The notes under the pieces are model-generated. The model searched no databases and was not told the DNA's origin. It saw only the letters and a list, made by a program, of their open reading frames with translations. Below, piece by piece: positions 47,308 through 57,499 of a DNA stretch of 64,000 bases; position 1 is the stretch's first letter; each line of letters starts with the position of its first letter. Source of the stretch: an uncultured Chitinophagaceae bacterium (GTDB taxonomy: Bacteria > Bacteroidota > Bacteroidia > Chitinophagales > CAIOSU01); contig CAZFFP010000009.1 in NCBI GenBank assembly GCA_964518215.1, positions 138 to 64,137 of the forward strand, written 5' to 3'. Position numbers and translations under genes: made by a program.

Positions 47308-49413
47308 TTACCTCACCTCACAACCATTGGGCATATCAGAGGGAGCGCATACAAACTGTAATTTTCCTTGAGCGTCTTCAGCCATCAGTATCATGCCTTT
47401 CGATTCGATGCCGCGCAACTTGCGTGGAGCCAGATTTGCCACCACAACTACTTTTTTTTCCACTATTTCTTCAGGTTCAAAATGTTCTGCAATGCCCGAA
47501 ACAATAGTGCGTTGCTCAAAGCCTAGGTCAACGGTGAGTTGCAGCAACTTATCTGCTTTAGCAACTTTTTCTGCCGAAAGAATAGTACCGGTACGCAGGT
47601 CGAGTTTGGCGAAATCATCGTATTGGATTTCTGATTTCTGATTTCTGATTTCTGATTTTTGTTCGATTGTTGAAGCAGGTTTTTTGCTCAATTTATTGAT
47701 TTGGTTTTCAATTTCGACATCTTCAATATTTTTGAAAAGCAATGCCGCTTGATTCAATGGGTGATTTTCCGGAACTGCATTTATCATTTCTTCCTTTTTC
47801 CAAAACGATTGCCATTTTTCTCTAAAAGAATCTGCATTCAATTGTTGCTGAATGTTTTTGGCAGTATCGGGCAAAAACGGCTCACAGGCTATGGCAATAT
47901 TTCCAACAATACACAAAGAATAATTCAGAATGGCTTCCACGGCTTCCAGGTCTTCTTTGGCAAGTTTCCACGGCTCGGTTTCGGCTAAAAATTTATTGCC
48001 TATGCGAGCCAGATTCATCATGTGAAACTGCGCTTCGCGAAAACGATAGTCATTCAAGCAGCGAATCATTTCTTTCACCGAGGCATTCAACTCATTGTGT
48101 GCTTTCAGATATTTTTCGAGAATATTTTTTCTCTTTTCGCTGCTTGGTTCTATTTCTTTTTCAGAAGGCACTTTACCATCGAAATATTTCCATGTGAGTA
48201 CCATTACGCGATTGACGAAGTTGCCCAAAATTGCCACCAACTCACTATTCACTTTTTGCTGATAATCTTTCCAGGTGAAATCAGAATCTTTGGTTTCGGG
48301 GGCAATAGAGGTGAGCACGTAGCGCAACTCATCCTTTCTTCCCGGAAAATCTTTCAAATATTCATGCAGCCAAACGGCATGGGTTCTCGAAGTCGAAATT
48401 TTTTCGCCTTCCAGATTCAAAAACTCATTGGCGGGCACATTTTCGGCAGTAATAAATTCACCATGTTCCATGAGCATTGCCGGAAAAATGATGCAATGAA
48501 AAACAATATTATCTTTACCTATGAAATGAATCAGATGGGTTTCTGAGTCTTGCCAGTAAAGCTTCCAGTCTTCATTTCGGATTTCGGATTTCGGATTTCG
48601 GAAGTATTCTTTTGTGGCAGAAATGTATCCAATAGGAGCATCGAACCATACATATAGCACTTTGCCCTCTGCGCCTTCCACCGGAACCGGAACGCCCCAA
48701 TCTAAATCGCGGGTCATGCTGCGGGCTTGCAAACCTTCTCCGCTTTGCAACCAACTTTTGCATTGACCCAACACATTGGTTTTCCAATTGGTGTGTTGCG
48801 ATAAATATTTTTCGATTTTAGGTTGCAGCTTGTCTAATGGTAAAAACCAATTGGTAGTGAGTTTTTTTTCCGGTGTTGCGCCCGATAAAGTTGATTTGGG
48901 ATTAATGAGTTCTTCGGGAGAAAGCGAAGTACCGCATTTTTCGCATTGGTCGCCATAAGCGTTTTCATTGCCGCATTTGGGACAGGTTCCGGTAATGTAT
49001 CTGTCGGCTAAAAATTGTTGGGCTTCGGGGTCGAAATATTGCTCGGTTTGTTTTTCAAACAATACTCCTTTATCGAGCAGTTGTTTGAAAAATTCTTGTG
49101 CGGTTTCGTGATGAATTTTTGAAGAGGTCCTGCCGTAATAATCAAATGCGATACCGAAATCTTCAAAAGTAGATTTCATCAATTCATGATACTTGTCAAC
49201 TACCTGTTGAGGCGTTGTTCCTTCTTTTCGGGCGGTAATGGTAATCGGAACGCCATGCTCATCGCTGCCGCAAATGAACAGCACATCTTCTTTTTTCAAG
49301 CGCAGGTAGCGCACAAAAATATCGGCAGGCAGATAACATCCGGCAATATGACCTATGTGCAATGGTCCGTTGGCATAAGGCAATGCAGCGGTAACAGTAT
49401 AGCGTTTCGACAT
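47308..49413 (-). CDS. metG: methionine--tRNA ligase with C-terminal tRNA-binding domain
   Basis: The ATG at 49413 gives [22 protein letters not shown] (the HIGH motif). It also has a zinc knuckle CPKCG..CEKCG, a KMSKS-equivalent KISTS, and a C-terminal ..[12 protein letters not shown].. Trbp111-like domain. The longer ORF start at 49497 lies inside a repeat element. Confidence 0.93.
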   Translation of the reverse strand: MSKRYTVTAALPYANGPLHIGHIAGCYLPADIFVRYLRLKKEDVLFICGSDEHGVPITITARKEGTTPQQVVDKYHELMKSTFEDFGIAFDYYGRTSSKIHHETAQEFFKQLLDKGVLFEKQTEQYFDPEAQQFLADRYITGTCPKCGNENAYGDQCEKCGTSLSPEELINPKSTLSGATPEKKLTTNWFLPLDKLQPKIEKYLSQHTNWKTNVLGQCKSWLQSGEGLQARSMTRDLDWGVPVPVEGAEGKVLYVWFDAPIGYISATKEYFRNPKSEIRNEDWKLYWQDSETHLIHFIGKDNIVFHCIIFPAMLMEHGEFITAENVPANEFLNLEGEKISTSRTHAVWLHEYLKDFPGRKDELRYVLTSIAPETKDSDFTWKDYQQKVNSELVAILGNFVNRVMVLTWKYFDGKVPSEKEIEPSSEKRKNILEKYLKAHNELNASVKEMIRCLNDYRFREAQFHMMNLARIGNKFLAETEPWKLAKEDLEAVEAILNYSLCIVGNIAIACEPFLPDTAKNIQQQLNADSFREKWQSFWKKEEMINAVPENHPLNQAALLFKNIEDVEIENQINKLSKKPASTIEQKSEIRNQKSEIQYDDFAKLDLRTGTILSAEKVAKADKLLQLTVDLGFEQRTIVSGIAEHFEPEEIVEKKVVVVANLAPRKLRGIESKGMILMAEDAQGKLQFVCAPSDMPNGCEVR
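47627..47658 (-). repeat. in-frame heptanucleotide tandem repeat inside metG (linker before tRNA-binding domain)
   Basis: Plus strand: ATTTCTG x4 plus a partial unit. Coding strand: (CAGAAAT)n, encoding [13 protein letters not shown]. Confidence 0.9.
48574..48601 (-). repeat. in-frame heptanucleotide tandem repeat inside metG (variable loop after ..GYISATKE)
   Basis: Plus strand: ATTTCGG x4. Coding strand: (CCGAAAT)n, encoding [11 protein letters not shown]. Confidence 0.9.
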
Positions 49414-49433
49414 GAAATTTCCGTATTGAAGCG

Positions 49434-49441
49434 CAAAGTTA
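49434..49441 (-). promoter_or_regulatory. candidate -7 box (TAACTTTG) for metG
   Basis: The minus strand reads TAACTTTG (matching TAnnTTTG) 20 nt before the metG ATG, between the MITE-like element and the gene. No convincing -33 element was seen. Confidence 0.25.
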
Positions 49442-49477
49442 TGCGATTTGGTTTTTCGTTGGCACACAGAATAAAAA

Positions 49478-49603
49478 GGGTGTAGGACAAATTGCACATA
49501 TTTTGCGTAAAATACTCTTCGCCAAGAGAGGCAATAACTTTATAGATGTCATGGTGAGCCTCTCGAACCATATCTACCTTAATGTTTAATTTGTCCTACA
49601 CCC
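49478..49603. mobile_element. MITE-like nested palindromic element, copy A
   Basis: 126 bp with perfect 16-bp terminal inverted repeats, GGGTGTAGGACAAATT / AATTTGTCCTACACCC. The interior shares the blocks TAAAATACTCTTCG, CAATAACTTTATAG and TGTCATGGTGAGC..TCGAACCATATC with copy B, which is in reverse orientation. Confidence 0.75.
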
Positions 49604-49639
49604 TAAACAAAACGCCCGATGATAATTTCATCAGGCGCT
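49604..49639 (-). terminator. rho-independent terminator of the giant T9SS gene
   Basis: The minus strand reads GCGCCTGATGA-AATTA-TCATCGGGCG (a 10-bp stem with one G-U pair) followed by TTTTGTTT. It starts about 30 nt after the stop at 49670. Confidence 0.65.
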
Positions 49640-49669
49640 TCAATGCTGTTATGTGCTATTTCCTTTATT

Positions 49670-52600
49670 CTACTGCTTCACCACTCTCATGCTTCTCACT
49701 TCGTCTCCTGCTTTTATATGGAACAAATAAATGCCCGCAGCTAACATGCTAATGTCAAAATTTTGTTGATGTTGTTTTAGCGTTTCACCAAATTCGCGCT
49801 GTAATATTTCTCTTCCGAAAACATCATGAACCGTAACACTAAGAGCAGCTTCTTTTTTCAATTGAACACTCAATGAAATGTTATCCATTGCCGGATTAGG
49901 TTTCAGCATGATTTGCGAAATGATATTGTTTTCTAAAATACTGTTGAAACAATCGGAGGCATCTTCTGCAACATATACCAATACTGCATCGCCATAGGCT
50001 TCACAAGTGGGGCTTATGGAAGGGAATGAAGCCGGCAATGGGGGCACTAAAAACTGTATGCTCACAAACTGGTTGTTAGCAGGTATCACGGTGGTGCTTC
50101 CGGGAATAATTATCACTTGGTCAACGCCTCCAAGTGCAGCACAAGAATCGCTGTTTACAGTAACTTCAAAATCAGGGACTGTAAACTCTAACGCACCGGT
50201 GCCGCCATTCCTGACTAAGAAAGTCCATGTGCCATTGGGGTCGCCTTCAAAAAGGCTGGTTAACTGAAGGCAAGGTAAACTTCCACCCAACAATGTGTTG
50301 AGCAGTTGTTGGTCAATATTCAAATCTACCGGATTGCCTAAAAGTGTTTCTGTCAATCGCCTGATTAAATCAATGGTATCGCCACTCGGAAACACACCCA
50401 ACAAAGTATCAATTCTCCAATCGAGATTGAGTGAGAAAGTAGGACAAATTTGTCCATCGGGGCGGCAGCCGTTCAATGTATCATAAACCAAAGGAGCAAT
50501 TACAGGGTCTTCGATAATGAAAGGAGTGAAATAGTAATAACCTCCCGGAATATTCGGGCAGTTATTCGTGAAATCAAAACTGCCATCGGTATTTGCCTGA
50601 AAAACTAAACCGGCATCGGCAGCAATACTCACACCAACGGTAGAAGTAATAGCCCCTGCTGTTTGTGTAGTAAGTCCCCAAGCCACCGAATGACCGGGCG
50701 ATGTAACAATGCCTGAGGTTTCGAGCCTGATAGTTTCCGAACAACAAACACTATCGCTCACAGTTGATGCAGTGCCCAAATCGCATTCAATGCAACTCAC
50801 ACCTCCTGTAACAGTCATGGTGCATCCTACACTATCCTGAACAATCACTGTCCAGTTGCTGCCGTTGGCAAGCGTTTCACCTTGTTGATTGGGCGAGTTG
50901 GGCGACACGTTATATCCGCCACCGGCTCCACCACCGGCATTACTTAGGTTTACCACCAATTGATTCAATGCGCAACTGTAAGAAGCAGATGCACCGGTCA
51001 ATTCGGGGTATTCGCTGTAAACCACGGTGCGGGTGGCAGTGCAGCCATTCGCATCTGTAAACTTCACGGTGTAAGAAACAATGCCGTCAATATCCTGCGC
51101 TTCGGCTTCAGCCTGTGTGAGTGGAGTTCCTGCAGTATTGATGCCTGCATACCAAGTGAATGTGCCCAGTTGGGTAGTTGCAGAATCGTTAAGTAAAGTG
51201 AGATTAGCCGGCACTTCGAAGCAGGTAAATTTCGATACAATTGAATTTAAAACAGGAAGGGGATGAATGACAAACTGAAAACTTTGTGTGTCGGAGCAAC
51301 CAAAAGTGTTTTCAAATACCACATTGTAAATATCAAATGCAGCAGGCAATTGTTGTTGCGATTGTAATAGGGTTAGCGTTGTTCCGAAATTGATGGAATC
51401 GCCTTTATACCAAACAAAGGTTCCTGCATCGGCAGTCAATTGTGGTTCATAAGTAGTTAAGTCTAATACTTGGTTCACACATAAATCAGCAATTACCGGA
51501 GTATTCAATACGGGGGAAGGATTCACTATAAATTCTACTTCCACAGAATCCTGACAGCCGGTCAAGGCGCTCACAAACAAAGCTGTAAAAGTGGTATTCT
51601 GTTGTAAAAATATTTCTTCAGGATTGACAACTGAATTTCCATTTTCGGTCCATTGCCAGGTGCCGTTATCGGTAATAATTTGCGATTGCAAGGCAGTTAA
51701 ATCTATCGGCTGTGCAGAACAAACCGGACCTTGAGGCGGCAGGGCATTCAAAGCAGGAAGCGCAATAATATTCAATGAAACACAAACTTTGTTTTCGCAT
51801 CCGCTGCTATTATCTGTAAAATAAGTGCAGAAGTCGAGATTGGTTGGTGAAGGTTGCACTGCTGTAGCTTGTGGAGTTGTAAGTTGTGTGCCACCATTAT
51901 CAGGGTCGCCTTCATACCAAACAAAAGTTCCTGAAGTAGCCGACAGTCCCGACTCTAACGAAGTAAGGTCGAATGGATAACCATCACAAGTAGTTGGGTC
52001 AACGGCTGGCGTGGTGAGTGGTGGCAACGGATTTACTGTATATGTAACACAACTGTATGCAAAACATCCGGTATTCGGGTCGGTGAATTGAGCGCAGTAT
52101 TCAGCATTATTAGCGGGCTGTTGTGCGGCAGCAAAAGCATTGGGCAAACGCACCGCATTGGGGTTCGACAATGGATTGCCTCTATACCACACAATAGTTC
52201 CGGGCGATGTAGTAACCTGACTGTTCAAAGCAGTTAAATCCACCACAGTTCCTGCACAAAAAGGAGCGGGTTGTGGCAAAGTATTTACCAAAGGCGCTGC
52301 GTCAGGATTTACCGTAAAAGTTGCAGTGGCAGAACATGAGGCATTATCACCAGATTCAAACAAAGCCCAGTAGGTAGAGCCGGTGGCGGCAGGAACTACC
52401 GAAGTATTGGTAATAATATTTCCTCCGGAAGAAGGATTCCCGTCATACCATGTAATGCTTCCGGTAATATTAGCCGAAGGATTGAAATCTGTGAGTTCCA
52501 CTCTTTCTCCAAAACAAATTTGTGGAGCCGAAGGAGTTGTAAGATTTATTTCAGGTAATAAATTCAAAACTATAGGACCACCCAAATCGGGGCATGAAGG

Positions 52601-55600
52601 GCAACGAACCGGAAATGCGGCTCCTGCATATCGCAAAGTAAAATTGTAATTGATAGAAGAACCGAAAAATAAATTTCCCGAACCATTAATCGTTGTAACA
52701 GCACCACGTGGGTCTCCGGTAAAATTAGGATTACTAAGATTGAGCGAAGTAGTAGAGCCGCCTCCATAATTTACAATGGGTCCCGACACTCCGTCAATGG
52801 CGTTTAAAACTCCGGTATTACTCTGTTGTTGAACGGTGAGTGTTGCGGTATAATTGGTAATGCCATCGCAATATGTTACTGTTGTAGGAACCGTAATGCT
52901 GGCGCTGCCACCGCCAAACGGAGCACTCACACTGAAACTTCCGGTGCTGTTATAAGCAACGGAATTGGCTGCAATATTTAATGCTGTGAAAGGAATAAAA
53001 TAATGTGTGCCCGATTGAAATGTTGTTCCATTATTGGTGAATGAAGGAGCATCAGTTGAGGTATAAGGTCCGAAATATCTTCCGGCAGCAATGGCATCAT
53101 TTACTGCGGCATCTATATTGCTGTATGGATTGGTGGTAGTCCACGCATAACCAATAACATATCCGTTGTCTAAACTTGCTCCTGTTGTTGAAAGCGAAAA
53201 TTGTTCGCCAAAACAAACCACATTGTCAACAGGCGTAGTTCCGTTTCCGGCAGAACTGCTGCAACCTGTAGGCGGACATTGAACTACATAACTACCCGTG
53301 GCTTCACATCCGGCAGGTGCGCCTGCCACTTTCACGGTATAGTTCACAGTTGTATTGCCGCTTCCCGGTGCGGAGTTGCCGGTGGGCGCAAAAACAATAT
53401 CCAATCCATTGCATAAGTCAACCGGAGCAACAGTGCAATTGAGTAGGGAAGAAGTGAAATCTATTCCTAAAACCGGAACGGGATAAACATTGATACTGCC
53501 TGAAGCTGTAAGTTGCGGTGTTTGCGAAGGTGATGCATTGGCAGCTAAGCAGGTAATAACTGCCGAAAATTCCTGCAATTCTGCGCTGCAACCATCAGCA
53601 ACATTTAATGTATGTGTGTAGGTAAGAGTATTCGCTCCGCTAATAGCATTTCCGTTGACATACCACTGAATGGTGAAGTCTTGATTCAGTACGCCATAAT
53701 CAACCACAGCAGCCAACTCAACAGTATTGCCTTCACAAGTGGAAGTTCCGCCTCCGGTGAGTGTAGCTGTTACAGAAGTTAATTCCGGACAATTGAGCAG
53801 ATTACAATCGCTCGAAAAATTTCCGAGAGGAATATTACAATTGGCATCTTCGGTATTAGTTACAGAAATGCTTACCGTAGTTCCATTGGTAAAGGGACCC
53901 ATCATAAAAATTCCGGCAGTGAACGCCTGCAATTCCAAACCATCGCTCGAAACTATTTTGTAGGAGAAAGCTGAACCGGGTGTGAAATCTACTTCCACAT
54001 AAAAATTATAAGTATCGTTAGGGTCGCAGAGTAATGTGGCAGTGGCAACAGGTTGGTCGCAGTTGCCCGAACAATTCATAATATCGCTCACCAATACTTC
54101 GCAACCTGCCAAGCCGTTCGAAACCGTGAAGTCAACCGATTGACCGTCCATAGCAAAGTTGCCAATCACCTGCACGGTTCCAGATTGTCCGTTAATTGTA
54201 AAGGCTGAGCATCGTGGAGCGGCTGAAATAATACAAGGTTGATTCAATAATGTAACCTGATCGATGGCAGGAAAAACTGTTATGGTAATGGTGTTGGAAG
54301 TTTGACGACAGCCCGATTGTGGAGTAGTGCCGTTGTCGGAAATGATTCCTTTAACATAGTAAGTAACAGGAGCGCAAGTATTGTTATTAGGCAGCGTGAA
54401 AGTTTGATTGCCCGTTCCTGCACCCAACAAAGTGCCTTGATTATTATATGGATTGAAATTGGGGTTGGTGCTGTAGTACCACAAAATATTTTGTCCGCAG
54501 GAAGCAGTAAGCGGCAATACTGCTCCGGTAGATTCCAAATCAATATCGCTGCCGGAACAAACCGATTGATTGTTTTGAGGAGAAGTAACCGAACCGACAG
54601 ATGCTACCACTTCTTCAACAGAAACATTTATAGAAAAAGTAGGACGCTCACTGATGCCGGAGAGATACACATAATAGGTTCCGGCTGCAAGTGTGCGGCA
54701 AAGATTCAAAGGCTGGCTGCAAGAGCTTCCCTCTACCACTGCACCCGGTGCAAGGGTTTGTCCGGGAGTAATAATGTTGGCTCCGGTGTAAGGATTCACA
54801 CTTGTCGAGCCGGGACAATTTACGCCACTCAACAACGCTATATTATATCCGTTTGTGCCGCCCCAGTTTGGAACACTCACCGAAACTTTGTTGCAGGCAT
54901 AAGGCAGATTAATTTCATACCACGCAGCAGCATCGGCTTCGGTTCCGCAGGCAACATTAAAGTTGTTGGAGCTATTCGAGAATATAGTTCCGTTCAAACC
55001 GGTTGCACACAAGCAACCACTGGCGCTGCCGGTCAGTGTTCCTCCGCTTCCGGTGAGGCTCATAGGCAACGCATCGCCACACAAAAAACCCGGTTTATAA
55101 GTAGAAACTTCAAAGCAATAATTTCCTCTGGCGCCATCTGCCGGAACCACTTGTAAATAGTATTGAATTTCACTAATGCTTACACCCGATGGCGGAGGTA
55201 TTTGAGAAACAGTAGGCAGGGTTCCGGCTACTCCATAAAACTGATTTCCTGTCGTTTGACTGTTCTGAATGCAAAATGCATTTTCCTGAGCAAAGTTATT
55301 GGATTGAGTAGGAGCGGGGCTGGTACAATCAATCGAAATACTAATTAAGCCACCGGCAGTTCCTGCTATTTCAGCATGAATGGAAATGTTAGGATTGTTA
55401 ACGCCATTGGCTTTGTTGGGCCAATCGAGCCAGCGAAAAACCAATGAGCCGTCATAATTCGGAACCGTATTATATGGGTTGGGTGCGGTCAACCACACAT
55501 CATTGGTATTAGTGCCACCAAAGCACGATAAGTCATTTACTCCCGTGCTGGTGGTAGCGCCTACACTGCTGAAGCAAACTGTTTGGCACGCCACAATATA

Positions 55601-55735
55601 AGGAGTTAGCACTATTGCCTGATTACAATTATTGGGCAGGGTTGATAAAGTAACAGGTTGTTGTTCGGGGCATTGAGCCAATAAACTTCCTACATAAATA
55701 ATCGCAATAGCGACAAAGGAAAATAATTTTTTCAT
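49670..55735 (-). CDS. giant (2021 aa) Cys-rich repeat adhesin-like T9SS cargo protein
   Basis: Has a signal peptide, MKKLFSFVAIAIIYVGSLLAQ, and a Thr/Ser/Asn/Gly-rich body with tandem ~85-aa modules (..C.G...DLT......T...GT..WY.G.P...C..F.D...GC......V.VNP.P). The C-terminus is IMLKPNPAMDNISLSV...GIYLFHI...MRVVKQ (Por_Secre_tail). Confidence 0.85.
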   Translation of the reverse strand: MKKLFSFVAIAIIYVGSLLAQCPEQQPVTLSTLPNNCNQAIVLTPYIVACQTVCFSSVGATTSTGVNDLSCFGGTNTNDVWLTAPNPYNTVPNYDGSLVFRWLDWPNKANGVNNPNISIHAEIAGTAGGLISISIDCTSPAPTQSNNFAQENAFCIQNSQTTGNQFYGVAGTLPTVSQIPPPSGVSISEIQYYLQVVPADGARGNYCFEVSTYKPGFLCGDALPMSLTGSGGTLTGSASGCLCATGLNGTIFSNSSNNFNVACGTEADAAAWYEINLPYACNKVSVSVPNWGGTNGYNIALLSGVNCPGSTSVNPYTGANIITPGQTLAPGAVVEGSSCSQPLNLCRTLAAGTYYVYLSGISERPTFSINVSVEEVVASVGSVTSPQNNQSVCSGSDIDLESTGAVLPLTASCGQNILWYYSTNPNFNPYNNQGTLLGAGTGNQTFTLPNNNTCAPVTYYVKGIISDNGTTPQSGCRQTSNTITITVFPAIDQVTLLNQPCIISAAPRCSAFTINGQSGTVQVIGNFAMDGQSVDFTVSNGLAGCEVLVSDIMNCSGNCDQPVATATLLCDPNDTYNFYVEVDFTPGSAFSYKIVSSDGLELQAFTAGIFMMGPFTNGTTVSISVTNTEDANCNIPLGNFSSDCNLLNCPELTSVTATLTGGGTSTCEGNTVELAAVVDYGVLNQDFTIQWYVNGNAISGANTLTYTHTLNVADGCSAELQEFSAVITCLAANASPSQTPQLTASGSINVYPVPVLGIDFTSSLLNCTVAPVDLCNGLDIVFAPTGNSAPGSGNTTVNYTVKVAGAPAGCEATGSYVVQCPPTGCSSSAGNGTTPVDNVVCFGEQFSLSTTGASLDNGYVIGYAWTTTNPYSNIDAAVNDAIAAGRYFGPYTSTDAPSFTNNGTTFQSGTHYFIPFTALNIAANSVAYNSTGSFSVSAPFGGGSASITVPTTVTYCDGITNYTATLTVQQQSNTGVLNAIDGVSGPIVNYGGGSTTSLNLSNPNFTGDPRGAVTTINGSGNLFFGSSINYNFTLRYAGAAFPVRCPSCPDLGGPIVLNLLPEINLTTPSAPQICFGERVELTDFNPSANITGSITWYDGNPSSGGNIITNTSVVPAATGSTYWALFESGDNASCSATATFTVNPDAAPLVNTLPQPAPFCAGTVVDLTALNSQVTTSPGTIVWYRGNPLSNPNAVRLPNAFAAAQQPANNAEYCAQFTDPNTGCFAYSCVTYTVNPLPPLTTPAVDPTTCDGYPFDLTSLESGLSATSGTFVWYEGDPDNGGTQLTTPQATAVQPSPTNLDFCTYFTDNSSGCENKVCVSLNIIALPALNALPPQGPVCSAQPIDLTALQSQIITDNGTWQWTENGNSVVNPEEIFLQQNTTFTALFVSALTGCQDSVEVEFIVNPSPVLNTPVIADLCVNQVLDLTTYEPQLTADAGTFVWYKGDSINFGTTLTLLQSQQQLPAAFDIYNVVFENTFGCSDTQSFQFVIHPLPVLNSIVSKFTCFEVPANLTLLNDSATTQLGTFTWYAGINTAGTPLTQAEAEAQDIDGIVSYTVKFTDANGCTATRTVVYSEYPELTGASASYSCALNQLVVNLSNAGGGAGGGYNVSPNSPNQQGETLANGSNWTVIVQDSVGCTMTVTGGVSCIECDLGTASTVSDSVCCSETIRLETSGIVTSPGHSVAWGLTTQTAGAITSTVGVSIAADAGLVFQANTDGSFDFTNNCPNIPGGYYYFTPFIIEDPVIAPLVYDTLNGCRPDGQICPTFSLNLDWRIDTLLGVFPSGDTIDLIRRLTETLLGNPVDLNIDQQLLNTLLGGSLPCLQLTSLFEGDPNGTWTFLVRNGGTGALEFTVPDFEVTVNSDSCAALGGVDQVIIIPGSTTVIPANNQFVSIQFLVPPLPASFPSISPTCEAYGDAVLVYVAEDASDCFNSILENNIISQIMLKPNPAMDNISLSVQLKKEAALSVTVHDVFGREILQREFGETLKQHQQNFDISMLAAGIYLFHIKAGDEVRSMRVVKQ

Positions 55736-55797
55736 GGGTTGGATTTGAGAATAATAATAATGATTTTTTCATTGCTTAACCGATTGTCAATTATTGA

Positions 55798-55929
55798 GGG
55801 CGTATGACAAATGGCACATTTAAGGTTGATATGGTTCGACAAGCTCACCATGACACCTATAAAGTTATTGTCACTCTGAGCTTGTCGAAGAGTATTTTAC
55901 ACAGAATATGTGCCATTTGTCATACGCCC
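55798..55929. mobile_element. MITE-like nested palindromic element, copy B (inverted relative to copy A)
   Basis: 132 bp with perfect 22-bp terminal inverted repeats, GGGCGTATGACAAATGGCACAT / ATGTGCCATTTGTCATACGCCC, and an inner inverted repeat, TTCGACAAGCTCA / TGAGCTTGTCGAA. By hand alignment its reverse complement is roughly 80-85% identical to copy A. Confidence 0.75.
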
Positions 55930-55978
55930 ATTACTGATTCAATCTAAGGAAGATTTACCGGAGAAAATAAAAGTTGGA

Positions 55979-57499
55979 TTATCGCTCTAATCCTACAAAA
56001 ACTTCGCTGAATGAGTCAATAATATTCGATGCAGTTAATGCAGTCATACTATGCGTTACTGAAGCAACATTGCCAGCCCAACCATGTATATACACACCCA
56101 TCAATGCTGCTTCTTTCGGAGTATAGCCTTGAGCCAACAATGAAACAATAATGCCCGAAAGCACATCGCCACTTCCTGCGGTTGCCATTCCGGGGTTTCC
56201 GGTAGCATTGAAATAGCTGGTTCCATCGGGATAAGCGATAATAGTATGAGCGCCTTTTAGCACGATGATAATTTTTAGTTCACTTGCTTTTTGCAATTGT
56301 AAAAGATGCCTTTCAAAATCATTATCAGTATTGCCAAACAAGCGTTCAAATTCTTTAGGGTGTGGAGTGATGATTGAATTTTGAGGAATAAGCTTTAATT
56401 TATTTTTATGTTGCGATAAAATATTTAACGCATCGGCATCGAGCAGCAGCGGTTGGGTTTGTTTTTTAAGAAAATTTAAAAACGCTTCTGATGTTACAGG
56501 ATGTGTTCCCAGACCCATACCTATTGCAACAGCATCAAATTTAGTTTCAAAAGAAATGTCGGCAATGTGTTGTGTTTCTTTGTCGCATAAAGTCATGGCT
56601 TCGGGCAATGAAGCCTGAATAGCGGTGTAACCACAGGTAGGGATATAAGCAGTTGCCAAGCCGCAACCGGTTTTCAAAGCAGCTTTTGCAGACAAATGAA
56701 CTGCACCCATTTTTCCATAACTGCCTCCAATAATCAGCACGCTACCGTAGTTTCCTTTATGGCTGAATTTTTTTCTCTTACGAAATCTTTCCTCCACATC
56801 GTAACGCTCTAACAAGTAGTTTTTTGTTTCTTGTTGCGCTATGAATTTTTTATCTAAGCCAATAGTCAGAAAAGTAAATTCGCCTACATACTTTTCATTT
56901 TCAGGAAAAAGAAAAGCCAACTTGGGCAGTTCGAAGCTCAAAGTGTGGTGCGCCAGAAAAATAGTTCCATCACTTTTTTTATCGGCAAACAAACCCGAAG
57001 GAATATCTACCGCAACCCGATTGGCATCGGCTTTATTCAGATATTCTATCAAAACAGCGGCTACACCTTGCAAAGGTTTGTTCAATCCGGAACCAAAAAG
57101 TGCGTCAATAATAAATGATGATTTTCTTATTTCAGGAAAATCAGCTTCGTTTGAAATGTATTGGATTTCATAATTGATTTGCTGCAATCGTTTCAGGTTC
57201 AATTGGAAGTCAGCAGAATTTTCAATTCCGATGTTCAACACAAAAACTTCAGGTGTAAAACCATTTTCATGCAGCAGTCTTGCAATGGCTAAGCCATCAC
57301 CTCCATTGTTTCCGGGACCACAAAAAATTTTAATCTCAGGGCAATCGAAATGGTCGCATTCGTCTAAAAATTTTTCTATAAACCAACGGGCAAACACACC
57401 CGATGCACGTTCCATCAAGTCAATAGAAGCGATAGGTTCGTGCGCTATGGTGTGCGCATCGGCAGCGTGTATTTGAGCAGCATGGAGAATTTTGAGCAT
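55979..57499 (-). CDS. nnr: bifunctional NAD(P)H-hydrate repair enzyme (epimerase / ADP-dependent dehydratase)
   Basis: 506 aa. The N-terminal YjeF_N domain has ..CGPGNNGGDGLA.. and the C-terminal carbohydrate-kinase-like domain has ..GSGDVLSGII... Confidence 0.88.
   Translation of the reverse strand: MLKILHAAQIHAADAHTIAHEPIASIDLMERASGVFARWFIEKFLDECDHFDCPEIKIFCGPGNNGGDGLAIARLLHENGFTPEVFVLNIGIENSADFQLNLKRLQQINYEIQYISNEADFPEIRKSSFIIDALFGSGLNKPLQGVAAVLIEYLNKADANRVAVDIPSGLFADKKSDGTIFLAHHTLSFELPKLAFLFPENEKYVGEFTFLTIGLDKKFIAQQETKNYLLERYDVEERFRKRKKFSHKGNYGSVLIIGGSYGKMGAVHLSAKAALKTGCGLATAYIPTCGYTAIQASLPEAMTLCDKETQHIADISFETKFDAVAIGMGLGTHPVTSEAFLNFLKKQTQPLLLDADALNILSQHKNKLKLIPQNSIITPHPKEFERLFGNTDNDFERHLLQLQKASELKIIIVLKGAHTIIAYPDGTSYFNATGNPGMATAGSGDVLSGIIVSLLAQGYTPKEAALMGVYIHGWAGNVASVTHSMTALTASNIIDSFSEVFVGLER

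Noticed and set aside
54302-55156. Long ORFs antisense to or overlapping large genes. Examples are 54302..55156 (284 aa) inside the giant adhesin gene, 23483..24220 inside gltD, 24524..25021 and 25642..26085 inside recG, 48022..48546 inside metG and 20288..20746 inside gltB.
   Set aside because: They lie entirely within well-supported genes on the other strand or frame. Their composition is low-complexity or odd (Arg/Cys/Phe-rich) and they carry no motifs. These are shadow ORFs.
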